Assembly (NCBI GenBank): GCA_028534125.1
Contig: CM052816.1
Coordinates: 56,918,001 to 56,982,000 of the forward strand
DNA from: Lama glama
Lineage: Eukaryota
Length of the DNA: 64,000 bases
Reading direction: 5' to 3'
Numbering within the stretch: the stretch's first letter is position 1; the number at the start of each line of letters is the position of its first letter. Positions 13,661-26,451 of the stretch are shown piece by piece. The notes beneath the pieces were generated by a model. That model saw only the letters and a program-made list of their open reading frames with translations. It made no database searches and was not told where the DNA came from. The translations under genes and the position numbers were made by a program.

Positions 13661-16600
13661 TGGCTTTCAAAGCCTGATGCTTTTCCTAAAAAGAGGCAGC
13701 TTTTAATCTCTCAAAATCTTGAATGCTGGCTGGTGGTCATGGATAACTGTATTTGCATTGAGATTTGTAACTCTAGAAAATATCACCTACCACCCTTCTT
13801 TATTAAATACAAACAGTCTTAGAACTTTCCCTTCCCCTTCTCTCCCTTTGTAGGAAAGGTAAGTGAGTAGATGACTGGTTGATTCATCTTAAACAAGGTG
13901 TTCCAGGAAGTTTATTCTGACAATCAATTTGTCATTGTCTTTCAGCTTTATGCTAACTTTTCCAGAGCAGGCATATTTTATTTTTTGTGTAGTTAACTTC
14001 CCCGGTGTGCTCCTAAAACAATATCTCAAATCACTTCCCTTTAAAGAAGCCAAAAAGCCCAGGTGCTTCCTTTCCCAGCTTCTCCTTTACCCAACCTCCC
14101 CACGCCCAGCCTCCCTTGCAGCTAGAATGCAAGTATGTGATAGAGGTTTAATCACTCAGATGCTCCCACCCCAGATTTTTCAGTCGGTGCCTCCTGACAC
14201 AAAGCAGTAAAAACAGTGGCGCTCATAGCAGTGACGGCAGTGACCACAGCAATACTTAGTTGCTGGGAGCAGCAGATATTGTACCAAATGTCACAGCCAT
14301 GTCCTCACTAACAAGATGTTGGCTGTGGCCCTGTAGCTGCCTGGTCTTCTTGCCCTAGCCTTCTTCCAGCCTGCTTCTCAAGACTTTCTGGTATTTTTGT
14401 CAACAGACAGTTTTCCAGTCCATTCCTTTTCTGTTTAACCAGAGTTGGTTTCATGCTAAGAATTTTGACAGTTATAAGGTAACAAGGAGAATCTCCCTCT
14501 CCCAGACTCTGTCCCACTTTGCCATCTGAGCACTGGGAGTCCACCAGTGAAAACAGCTCCTTTAGTCCTGGTCGTGTTTGCTCTCCCTCCTCTCCCCTCC
14601 TCCCATCTCTCTAGGGCTCAAGTATGATTGCAGATTCCGGGGACCAGCCCAGCAGCCAGCATCAGAGATGCTCACCTCACTCTCTCTCCATCCCTCACTG
14701 CCTCAACCTCCTCCACAAACCTTCCAGGAGAAGAGCCTTCACCCCGTACAACACAGCTCCTATAAATAGATTCCTGCAGCTGCTGTTCCACTAACTCATC
14801 CATCCTGCCCAGACAAGCCCGACTGCCTGGTTAGGATACAGCTTGTGCCTGGCTCAGAACCCCTGCATATTGAGAAACTGGCTACTTTGGGAAATAAATT
14901 GTCCTTTTTCTAAAAATATTCTTCTAGGTTATTTCTAGCAGGACTAAGTTATTCCTGTTGAGCCTGACACCTGCTTCCTCAAAGCCCGGACCCTGCCAAT
15001 TCCCTCCCTCTCTCCCTCCCTCTCTTCCACCAGCATTCACTAAGCACCCCAAGAATTAGACAAGAGGACAGAGCCTCAGCTCAGCCCTCCCTCAGAGAAG
15101 CCTCACTGCACTCCAGTACATTCTGGAACCCAAAGTAAGTCCTTGTACATCAATATAGTCAAGGCTGTTCCTTCTCTTGTAGGTGACAGAAGTCTCTCCT
15201 CTTTCCATGGCAAAGGAAATACCTTCAGCTCTGAATCATAAAAAGGTGATATTTCTACTTTTTTTCAAAAATAAATTAAATGGCTCTGCAAAACAGGAAT
15301 GCATTCAGTCGTGTCCCAGGAGCCAACCAATAATGCCTTCTCTGTGTTTAAGCCAATGGCTTCAGGGCATCTAAAAAGTCAGTAGGCATTTCCCAGACTC
15401 TGGCTCCTGGAAAACTTTACATGGAGGGTAGTTGCAGGTAAATTCTGAGTAACCAAGCTGGTAGGGGCAAAATCACCTGCCTATGTCACACTTCGTCCCT
15501 CAGGGCTCCCAGAAACCAAAGATTATGCACAAGAACCACTCAAGTACATCCACTGCCAAGCACTTCCAGTCACTGACTTTCCATAAATGTCAGTATGCTT
15601 ATGTTGGCATATGCATATATGATACATATAATATACACACATATATACAACAGTTTCATTATAAAGATATTTTAATAAAGTTAACTACCTACATAAACAC
15701 ACATGGTAGCCAATTAAAATATACAGTTTAACTTTAAATTTTTTGCCCTGAAAGTTATATGTAGGCTGAACTATTTACAAAATAATAAAAGCCAGTGATA
15801 ATTTCCATTCCTGCTGAAGATGATCACGACCTAAGATCTTTCACAGACCCTGGGACCTTGAGGGTCAGCTTTTCTACATCTCCAGGTACCAGCATCATAC
15901 ACACAAGTTTTCTGTCAGAGATTTAGCCAGGACCTGGAAAGGATTATTCCAAATCGAGGCCAGCAAGAGGAAAGGTGAGAGCAATCCCCAAGTGACAGAC
16001 CCACGGAAGAATTCAGGAAAGCTTTTGTCTTCACCTGCATTGACTTGGCCTGGGTCTGCTCCCCACATAGTCCCCAAGCTCATTTTGGAGACTGCTGGAG
16101 GCTCTGAGCTTTGGCTGCCTAAACAGGGGGGTTCACGCTCCAGCTCTGGAGGCCCCCACATACCTGCCAGGTAAACATGCGCCTGGGAGAAAGTCGAGGC
16201 TGCTCTTGGGTGGGCTGCCCAGCAAGCTGTGCACCAAACCCACGTCCACTCACTGAGCGGGACCTGAACGTCATTGCTGGGGCCAAATGGTGGTCCTGAA
16301 AGCTAACAACTTGTCATCATTTTTCAGCCTTAAAATAGGCCAAATTCTTTACAACACAGAGACTTAGATCCAACCCTTTGATTTCATTCAAAGTCTTAAA
16401 AGTAAAAAAATTTTTAGTTGTAAAGATCTGTTTCCCACCACAGATACTTGCCAAAACACTCCCCAAGTACTGTTTTAATGATTCTCATCATCCATTGGTG
16501 AAAAGCTTTGAATAGTTACCAAAATGCTTCCTCCTACTGTCTCATTTGATTCCCCCAGGAGTCCCTTCGAGCTGGAAGGACTATGTCCATTTAACAATCA

Positions 16601-17119
16601 AAGAAACTGACACCCAAGGAGGCATGAGACTTGCAGAGCTAATAAATAGTAAAGGAGCCAGACCTTCTAAGCTTGTGCTCTTTGCATGTTCAAAACAGAA
16701 CTACACAGAGGGCTGTCCCTTGCTATTTTTCAGACTAAAACACTGAGGCCACAAAAAGCACCACCTATCTTACAAGGTCTACTATTAAGGTTGTTTAATT
16801 TGAAAGAGAAGAAGCTGACTGTGAATAATTTTCTATCTACATTTCCCAAAAGGAAACAGAGAGAGAGAAAAAGAAAGAGGATCAGGACTAAATTATGTAC
16901 TGATATAAGAGCAGAAAATAAAAGGCAGGCAACAAGCATAGCTTCTGCGAGGCTGCACTGCCCGCTGTCTCCTACTTTGTGCAATACTGACATTTCATCA
17001 ACATGAGATTTAGCAAATCAATTTTTTTGGTTTAAAAAACAGTCATTATTTAAGGACCGACTATGAGAATATTATGTAAAATAAAGAATTAGTCCCTAAT
17101 ATTTCTTTTATGCATATAT

Positions 17120-17335
17120 ATCCTGATTCAACAATTCTAAAGTGCACTCTATTTTTTTCTCCTTTAACCTCTCTAAAATCAGCAGACATCTCTGAAAGCA
17201 GGATGTGGTCAATGTGTCATAAAATAACTGTCCGCCAGGTGGCAGTCATGATGTGGTGATGTGAAATTTTCCATTTGCACCTTCCTTTCAAATAGAGTCG
17301 TCAACCTCAAAAGCACCTTAGATTTCATGAAATGC
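17120..17335. mobile_element. TcMar-Tc2-like (MER104/Kanga-like) DNA transposon remnant containing a CTCF-like motif
   Basis: Ends resemble ...attctaaagtgcac...aacctctctaaaatc and ...cttagatttcatgaaat; CCGCCAGGTGGCAG at 17232-17245. Confidence 0.45.
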
Positions 17336-18849
17336 ATAAATAGCTTGCTTGAAGCAAGAAACAGCTACAACAAGTGTTGGTTTTAAAAGGGGATTAGATA
17401 ATAATACTAGGGTCTAGGTTGTATTCTAACCTTACTTTTAGAATTCACCAGTAGAGTGAATCTGTAAAACCATAGGCACCCACCCTCCACCGCTGAATAA
17501 AGGCAGAACCCCAGGTTCTATGCCCTGAAATGACAACCTAGCTGTGTGACCCCAGGTGTGCTATGTATCCTCCAGGACTTTGGAGTAATAAACTTTGTTT
17601 TTTCAAAGTTCCCTGATACAACCACGTTGTAGCTGAGGTGTGATTTGCAACTATGTTAGGTACCCTAAGGGCAGGTTCCAGCCACAACATTGTTCGGGGA
17701 AATGTCTGTAGGGGTCTTGCCACAAGTAGAACCTGACAAAGTGGGCGCCCCTAGGAGTTCACCATCCACAGTCTAGGACCAGACACAAAACAACTATATT
17801 CTCTTAAATAGCTCACAGTGGTATTTTGTGACCTTTTATAATTTGTGACTTAACATAGAAAATTGCAAGTACACATTTTGCACAAGGCAGATAATTATTT
17901 CCTTCTTCTCCACTCCAGCCTTCTGTCAATCTGTCCTCACTGCATATTTTATAATCACACCAATCAGTATGATAAAAAAAAAAAGGCCCTAAAAAGGCAG
18001 CCAACTTCAAAGAAGCCAGTAAGACGTGACCTATTTCATGAAAAGAAAGGAAAAAAAAAGTTTGTTCAAAAACAACTAAAATGTCAACATGGTTTGAAAG
18101 AAGCCAGTCAGCAATACAGATATAAAGATGCTACGCTTGTAATAAGCTTGATTAACAAAATGATAAAGCCTATTTAAAAATATTAACAAAACATTCTGGT
18201 GTCGAAAGCTTATTTCTGATGAGTTGGAAAAGCAAAGAAAAATAATCCAGAACCATTTCCCAGTTTAGAAAGATTTTGTTTATCCTTCTTTGCTAGAGTT
18301 GGAGCCAACGATTCTGATGGTTTAGATTAGCTCTTAGTATTTCTAGCCATTTAAGCATTCAGATCAATCATTCACTTCTGGGAATAGGCTGTATCACCAC
18401 AAACAGCAGGCTGTGGAACAAGCCTTCTCTCTCCTTTTACCGCTTTGACCAGTGGCCTTCTGTTGAAAATGGGCAAAGGAAAGTCAGTGTCCCCAGGAAG
18501 TCCACACACCCAGGAGGTCTGCGTGGTGCCCATCAGTCTTGCTCCATCCCCAGGGTTTCCAAGTGCCAGCACCCAATTAATCTTTCCTGTAATGCATCTT
18601 AGGAATTTTTTTTTTTAATTACACTATCCAAGTTGAGGCAGTGAAAGTGACAGAGGGAGAGGGGAAGTCAGTGTGGATAAGAGGCTCCTACAATTCTGGA
18701 GACTTACGAGAGACAAGAAGAGTCCTTTCATCTGGAAACCTATTTTAGACTTGAATAGAGTTCACGTGTTCATTTACTCTTTCACTTTATAAACCATTCT
18801 CTCTTCAAACTGCTGTATATAAAATTCACGCCATCGTGACAATCAGCAG

Positions 18850-19050
18850 TTTTAGAATCAAATGGACCCAGATTCAAATCCTGACTTTCAACAACGTTTT
18901 TTCCTAAGCCTCCGTTTCCTCACCTATAAAGTTAACATCATAATACCACCTTTGAGGGTTTTTCTAGGGATTTGAAATAATATTTGGATTTGACACAAAT
19001 GAAGTGATTTGAAATTACTAGCACATAGTAAACAATAAATGAGAGCTATA
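18850..19050 (+). mobile_element. MIR SINE fragment
   Basis: cagattcaaatcctgac...gcctccgtttcctcacctataaa...gagggtt core. Confidence 0.6.
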
Positions 19051-19225
19051 GTTACTACTATTTTGTTATTATTGCCTCTGTTAAGCAGTAAAAGCCCCCA
19101 GTTCAATCCCCCGTGTTTACTACCTGAGGATGAATCTTCCTCTCAGTTCTTTAGCCTGAAGGAGAGAAATGCACATTCCTTCCAGCTTTTTCTTAACTCA
19201 TCTCAACCATGGTGGTTCTCAGCCC

Positions 19226-20740
19226 TTAACAGAGACTTCTTCCTTGACCAAACCTTAATCAGGCTCCGCCGGTTACCAAGTAAGGGCTCATTGCCTAACG
19301 TGTATAGAAGCCAATACTACAGTACCAGCTTTTGAGGAAAAATAAAAGCTTTATTGTGAGGCCAACTGGCAAAAAGACAGGAAACCCAGCTCAATTCTGT
19401 CATCCTCAAACCAGGGTTCAGGCAAAACATAAGGGATTAGGGGAATTTCAAGCTCAGAGGCTGATTGGCTAGTCTTGAATCAGTCGATATAAGCCACACG
19501 TGCTGCTGGAAGCCAGCTTTTCCCTATTGAAGGTCTTCTCAGTTAGTAAAGGGCTCCAGTGGCAACATTCCTATTCTTTGAGTTCTGCAGACCGAAGATT
19601 CTTGGTTCTGGGGTCATCCTGGAGATGCAGGTTCCCGTTTTGCATTCATGCAGCGCTGTCTCTAAAATAACTCAAGGTTTGATCCATCAATCAACCTATT
19701 CAAGGAGGCAAACCCAGTTTAAACTGGTCCACATTTTATGTGCTGTTTCACTCTCAGCCCTCTTCTCTTTTTAAAATGTTATTTTTATTTATTTTTTATT
19801 GAAATGTAGTTGGTTTACACTGGTGTGTTAATTTCTGGTGTACAGCATAGTGATTCAGTTTTACATGTATATGTATTCCTTTTCATGTTCTTTTTCATTA
19901 TAGGCTATTAAAGGTATTGTATATAGTTCCCTGTGGTATACAGTGGGACATTGCTGTTTACCTATTTTATATATGGTACTTAGTATCTGCAAATCCTGAA
20001 CTCCAGTTTATTCCTCCCAGCTCCCCACCCCACTTTCCAGAACCACAAGTATGTTTGCTATGTCTGTGAGTCTATTTCTGTTTTGTTAATAAGTTCATTT
20101 GTCTCATTCACTTTTTCTCCCCAGATTCCACATATAAGTGATATCATATGGTATTTTTCTTTCTCTTTCTGACTTGCTTTACTTAGTATGACAATCTCCA
20201 GGTCCATCCATGTTGCTGCGAATAGTATTTTATTCTTTTTATGGCTGAGTAGTATTCCACTGTGTGTGTCTCACAACTGCTTTATCCAGTCATCTGTTAA
20301 TGGACATTTAGGTTGCTTCCATGTCTTAGCTATTGTATATAGTGCTACTATGAACATTGGGGTGCATGTATATTTTCAAGTTAGAGTTCCCTCTGGATAC
20401 ATGCCCGGGAGCGTCTGCACTTTTCTTGACATGACCTTGGCCTGCTAGGCCAAGTCTTGGCACACATCCTTCTAACCCAGTTTATTGAGACTCCCCCACC
20501 CTTAATAGCTAAGTGCTTTAGCAAGAATCCAGTCTACCAAGAATCCCCCTACCCTTGATGTATAATCAAGTTCCTCTTAGTAACTTTTCATCCACTGACT
20601 CCCTCAATCTGTTGGCCATAAACCCCCAGTTGCCTTTGCGGTATCAGGAGCTGAGTTCATTCTCTCTCCCCTCTTGCAAGAGTCTCAAATGAAGTCTTCC
20701 TTACCAGTCTAACAGGTGTCAGAGTAATTTTTCTTTTACA
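19226..20740 (+). mobile_element. MER31-like ERV1 solo LTR interrupted by a second LTR (~19271-19750) and an L1
   Basis: Starts agagacttcttccttgaccaaaccttaatcaggctcc, resumes ctctcagccctcttctc at ~19751 and again at ~20420, ends ...cttttaca. Confidence 0.55.
19775..20410 (-). mobile_element. 5'-truncated LINE-1 3' end, antisense
   Basis: T-rich tail then typical L1 3'UTR text (gattccacatataagtgatatcatatggtatt..., ccatccatgttgctgc, atgaacattggggtgcatgt). Confidence 0.85.
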
Positions 20741-23700
20741 CTCCTCCTCTCTGCACGTCTGTTTCTGACTAGAGGGTGTCACTGCCCATAAAGCCACAAA
20801 TTGGCATTTGGCCTCCTATAGAGTCAGGTCATGCCACCAGAGGGACCAGCTGATTCCTCTGAAGCAGGGCTACCTCTGATCTCTGGGCCGTACCGGACAC
20901 TCATCTTCTGAAATAGAACCACAGAGCTGGCTCCACTCAGAGCCCTGCAGGCAGTGAGATGGTCCACTCCAGGCTCCGGCCTCCCCTAGGTGTTGAACCC
21001 CAGCCACTCGGAGACCCACACTGCTGCTCTCCAGGACTGCCTTTGCCTCTCCTCAGAGGCCTACCTTTGCCCTCTCTCAGTTAATTCCCCTGATTAAAAC
21101 TCACCCATCTCGTTTCCCCAGTTCCTCGGAGCCACATTAAGTGACTCACTGATGATACTGTTAGGAGTGAGCCGCTGGGGCTGATTCTGGGTTCTTCCCC
21201 TCAGTCATACTTGCAGTGTGTCCGGGCTTTCAATGACTCAGCATTTGAGAGCCGGCAGAGGCCTCAGTGCTCAGCAAGTCCTGTGACTTCCTGCTGACAA
21301 CAGTGAGCTGAGGCCCCTGTTAAATACAGGTTACCAGGCCTCTGCACCTGGATATTCCAAATCTGGGTGGGGGTCCAGGAATGTGGGTTTTTAAGGAACA
21401 CTCCAAGGGATCTTTATCATCACGGAGGATTGGGATATAGATACTGAAATTCTACCATAACCCTGATTATTTTACAGAAGAGGAAGCTGAGACCTGCCTA
21501 GGGGGAATGGCTCCCCCAAGGTCACCCCCTCCTCCTCAGCAGGTCCAAGTCCAGGGTCAGGTTTGCTGACTCCAGTGCAGTGACCGTGCCCTTCAATCTG
21601 CAGCCTCTGCTCAGGAAAGCAGGAGGCTCAGGTTGGGAGTCTGGGCACCACATTGGCCAGTGGGTGAGCAGTCCACTGCACCAGTGGTGACCCTGCTCCT
21701 AATGCCCTGTGTCATGCCTGCAGTCCTTCGGCTTCCCACTTAAAGCAGGAAATTAGCAAGCCCATGGGAATAATGACTGCTGCTCCCTGCCCCCTTTTGC
21801 GGGATCTGTTTCCTGGGCTCAGAGTCAGGAGAGCCGGCTGCAGTCTCTGGTGACCTTGAACTAGAGCCACTTTCTCCATCTGGGCCCCAGTTTCCTCACG
21901 AGTAAAACACAGTAACTGAACTAGATTAGGGCCTCAGAACTTTTCCCAAGAAGGAGAGTCCCCTGGTGGGCTCCGGAACTGAGAGGGGACTTACAGTAAG
22001 AGTTGGGGCTGATATTAGGGAAGAAGACAGAGGAGGAAAACAAATCTGAGCAGCTCTCCAAGGTGAGACATCCCAAAGTGGGACGTTCCTCAAACCAGGT
22101 CACAAATAGACCCCTTCACATTCTTGGGAAATTATTATAGATTCCCAACTCTTTAATTTTATTATAATATTATTTTAATATATAAACCATGAAACAATTA
22201 TAAACTCCATGTTTATAGATGACTATGTAATTGCAGGATAAAAGTGAAATCAAATACCATAAAGCTAATAAAATTTAAATTTGTGATATTAACTTAATGT
22301 GATAGGTAAGTGAATGGTATTGCCTTGCAGAAACTAAATCGCCAGTTTGGGGTTCATAGTAGAAAAATGTTAACTCAGGTCTGGTCATTTATTTATTCTT
22401 TTTCTATACTGTGAGTTTGAAAATACAACTCCCAAGAACGTCTGTTTGCACACATAACAGAAGAATGAATGCCTCGCAGCCTTCGCTTGCAGTTTAGAAG
22501 GAGGAGACCTTTCACTTAACTGACACTCTGTAAGTGAGCACTGCAGATGTCACTTGATAACTCTGTAAAGCTCTCTCTTTCATTTGAAGATATTCAACTG
22601 CATTCAGTGGGCAACTAATTCAATTATTGTTGCACTCCAAAACAGAACCATTCTTCAAGGCATTCTTACTACTAAAATTATTGCTAATTGAATGGCTGAA
22701 AATTGATATTTTCAAAGACTGAGAACACAGAGCACATCTACTGGAAATGTAAACACGGACGTTATGAGGCAAGTTTCTTTTTAGTCTGACATGCCTGTGC
22801 TTTGTGAGTCCTGAGATGATTCAATTCTCCCACATTTCTGTGTTCAGTGATAGGATATACCAAGAAGCTATATTAAGTGAAATTCAACTGACTGGATTTC
22901 ACTTGGTATAAACTCAGAGATAAACACAAATCAAAGGATAAACACAGGGATTCTGATGCTCCATGCCACTGCTTCAGTGTGGTCATCCAGACGATTCAGG
23001 ATCTGCTTAGAATAACTGTTACAGATTATTGTCACCATGAAGACAAAAATTTAAGTGCTTATAGAGAATCTGCAGATTCTTGAGAAATTGTCCAACTCTG
23101 AGAAAGGGAAGTTTAGCAGGAAAAGTTAAACTCTATTTGCTTTTAGGAGACTCAATTCCAAGTCCGACTCTGTCACCAGCCAGCTCTGGAAGGCTGGACA
23201 GGTGCTCACATCTTTAGGCATCTGTTTCCTCATCTAAAAGACAGTCTTACAAATGCCACTCACCTCACAGGCTCACTCTGAAAGTGAATGAGGCAGTGGA
23301 TGTGAAGGGGCTTAAACAAACCTCCTCCTGCGTAATTACCAATGGAGAACACAGTCACAAAGGGCAGGGGCTGAGTGGCTAGAAATTGACCTCTAAATGC
23401 TTTGAAATGTCCTGGCCAGTCATCCCTGAGTAGCATGGGACAGACATGGGTCCCTCCTGGCCCTTCTGGTCCTTCCTATCCAGTTCACTCCGGAGCAAGG
23501 AAGAGTGATTGTTATGGATTAGCTTTCTGAGGGAGTCTAGGAGTGAGGGCTCGTTCTTTGCTCTCTACTGCCCTCTTCAGTACAGAAATTGACCTTGCCT
23601 CCGACGGGTTCTCAGCAGCAAGGGAGGAAACACAGCGCAGGCCCAAGCCTCATTGCCCTCCGGGTGCCTCAGCTCAGCATTCCAGACCCTTCTCGGGACC

Positions 23701-26328
23701 CCACAGCTCCAGCCTGGCCCTGATCCACTGCAGGCCTCAGGCCCCCAGGCCTCGGGTTCATTTTTCAGTCTGCACAATTCCTTCCACCCCCTACCTCCCA
23801 CCACCTTGGTTTTTATTTTTATGGCTTAGTTAAGATGAAGTTTAGGGCCCAGAGACCCCATAACATTTCCTCAGGTCTGTTGATCCACAGTGGAATGATT
23901 TCCAGCTACATGTTAGCCACTGAGGTAGTAAAGACATGCTTTGTGGCTCTAATCCCATTTTAATGTCACAGGGCTGTTTGAATGTCTGATTCTGTTTTAA
24001 TGATCAGTGTTTACACTGGCCTCTTGAACACACCCTTGAGGCTGTGGCACTAAGTAAGCAATGACTTCTTACAAGCAGCTTTCTCGTTTGCCACTCAGCC
24101 TCATTAACCTTTAGAGAAGTGATCGCCACGTGAGCCACACAGGACTCACAAGAGGATCCAGTGGGGTCAGGGAAGAAAATATTAGAACTTTTATTTTTAT
24201 ATAGTATGCTTCATTTCACTCTTCTTAGATTTCAACCTCAGACAATGTTTAACAATATACAAAATATACTGGTGGACAAGTACAGGCATAGAGTTTATAA
24301 ATATTTGTATATTGTGGGGGAATGCTAATTTTATTTGATTTATTTGTTTTGTTACTGAAGGGATATACAATGAAAAAAGCTTGCAGATGTCTATTCTAGA
24401 AGAGTATTTATCATTCTGGCTGTTTCAGAATCACTAAGGGACCTTTTTTAAAAAAGCATATTAAGCCCTAGCCCCATCCTAGACTCAGTAAACCACCATC
24501 TTCAGGAGTGAAGCATGCGGTATGCGAATTTTTTAAAAGCACCCCCTGGTGATTCTGACACAAACCCCTCAGCTAAAAATCGCATCGTTCTCCAGGCAAT
24601 CAGCTCACTGAGGGCAGACTGCATCCATCTCTCTTGTTCACCACTGTGTCTGTGGAGCCCAGCACACTGCCTGACACGGGTGTTCCGTGCATATTTGCTG
24701 AAGGAATGAATGATGAACCAATGAACCACAATCCAGAGACGGCCACTGCTAGCTCCCCCAGCCTTTGTTTTCATACTTAGTGCTTCTATATGATTGTTTG
24801 ACACGACCGTGAACCCATCACATATATGCTGAGTAGTTTATTTGATCGCTTTAGTAAACAGGTTTCACTATTGAAAGTGATACATGTTTTAGCATAGTTT
24901 AGCATTTAGCATCTCCTGTTACAAATAAGACTATGTAAAAAAATCTTTTTACATAAAGCTTTCTTCTATATATCCAATTGTATGCCTAGGATAGAGTGCC
25001 GGGGTGGGATTTCCAAAGAGTGGGGAACATTTTACAGGCTGCAGCTGCTGTGGGAAGCACAAATTAACACTGACCGCAGAGCAGGAGATGCTGGTTTCAG
25101 GGTGTTTGTGACCCAGCAGAGGGAGGAGCTCTGTGGTTCTGCAAAAAGACTTGGAGGCTCTGACTGCATTCTAGTCCCTGTTTCTACCACTTACTGGCTG
25201 TGACACTTAGGTTCTTTAAAGCTAAGTTTCTTCACCAATTATGTGACTATTCATAGCCACATTGGGCTGTTGACTCTGAAGCACTCTTAGGTGTTAGAGA
25301 TAAAAGAATTAATTTTTATACTTGTCAAAGGGACAAAAGAAAGCCTTGGAGTCTAGGAGTGGTTCCCATGGAAAAGTGCCATCCTGTCTCTCTTCTGTGA
25401 CAATGTACTGTTTACCCAAAAGAGGGTTTGACTGCAGACTCCAGGCACTGAAGAAGGGTCAGAGATATTAGGATCTCCAGCCAATGGGCCACCTCAGAAA
25501 TATCAAGGATGAGTCTTGTTGTTTGCGAAAAGCAGTGACGCTGGACTCTGAGGAAAGATCAAGAGCAGTCAGAGCACTGTTTTCCTCCTCATGCTGTGCC
25601 AGTAAAACCAGTCAGGCAAGTTCCCGTGGTGCCAAGACGCTCTAAAGGGAAGCAGCTCCCCTCTCCTGCTCTTCAAGGACTGCTCATTCCAGAATCCACC
25701 AAGCAATGTCCTTCGGAAAGTCTGGTTGGAACTCAAGGCCAAGGTCTGCATTTCATCTTTGGCACAGGGCTGTAGTTCCCAAATGTTCGTATGTATAAGA
25801 GTGACCAGGGGTGCTCAAAAAATATGCAGCTCCTCTGCCCCACCCCCTAGAGATTCGAATGCTGGAGGTCTGGGGTGGGCTCAGGAACCTGCATTTCCTT
25901 CCTGAATTCTGATGCAGGTAGCCTGAAAGCCAGGTCTGGGGAAACAGCGGCACAGGAGACCCAGCCCTGGGAAGGGAACCAGAGAGCTGAGTTTGAGGTG
26001 AGATCGTTCCACTCACCTCAGCATAAGCCTCAGGAGTCATTTCACCTCACTGGCCCTGCTGTTTCATTTTAAAACTTCATTTTCACAGCAGAGGGAGCAA
26101 TACCTGTTTGTCAAAAGGCTTGCTGCTGAGAGATTGAATTAGACATTGTAGACGGGAAAAGCACCACTACCACTCAGAGCATACACGTAAGGTCCTAAAT
26201 GTTGTCCCCTGCCTTTCGCACTGAGATCAACACGGACAACACTGGCTAGTTTACATCGTATCCCCAAGACAAAGCTCTCACTGAGACGGAGACTTGTTCT
26301 CCTGTGTGTTTGGGCTTTGTTGTTACAG

Positions 26329-26451
26329 AGAGGTGCCGGTCTCCCACCAAGCAGTGTCTCTGGGTTTCCTGCATGGCGTTCCTTGTGCTCGGGGTTCTGG
26401 CTGCTGTGATCAGTCTCGGGATCACCTTTGGGATACCTGTAAAACCTGCAA
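26329..26451 (+). CDS. LDLRAD1-like gene, transmembrane exon (RCRSPTKQCLWVSCMAFLVLGVLAAVISLGITFGIPVKPA)
   Basis: ttacag| acceptor, GCAA|gtacgt donor, 123 nt, phase 1-1; Cys/basic cluster followed by a hydrophobic helix ending G-I-P. Confidence 0.8.

Noticed and set aside
12942..13706. Long ORFs of 242 and 201 aa
   Set aside because: Artefacts of reading through the N gap.
15183..15245. Possible exon VTEVSPLSMAKEIPSALNHKK
   Set aside because: Weak donor, phase 0-0 does not join the phase-1 TM exon directly, and no similarity support.
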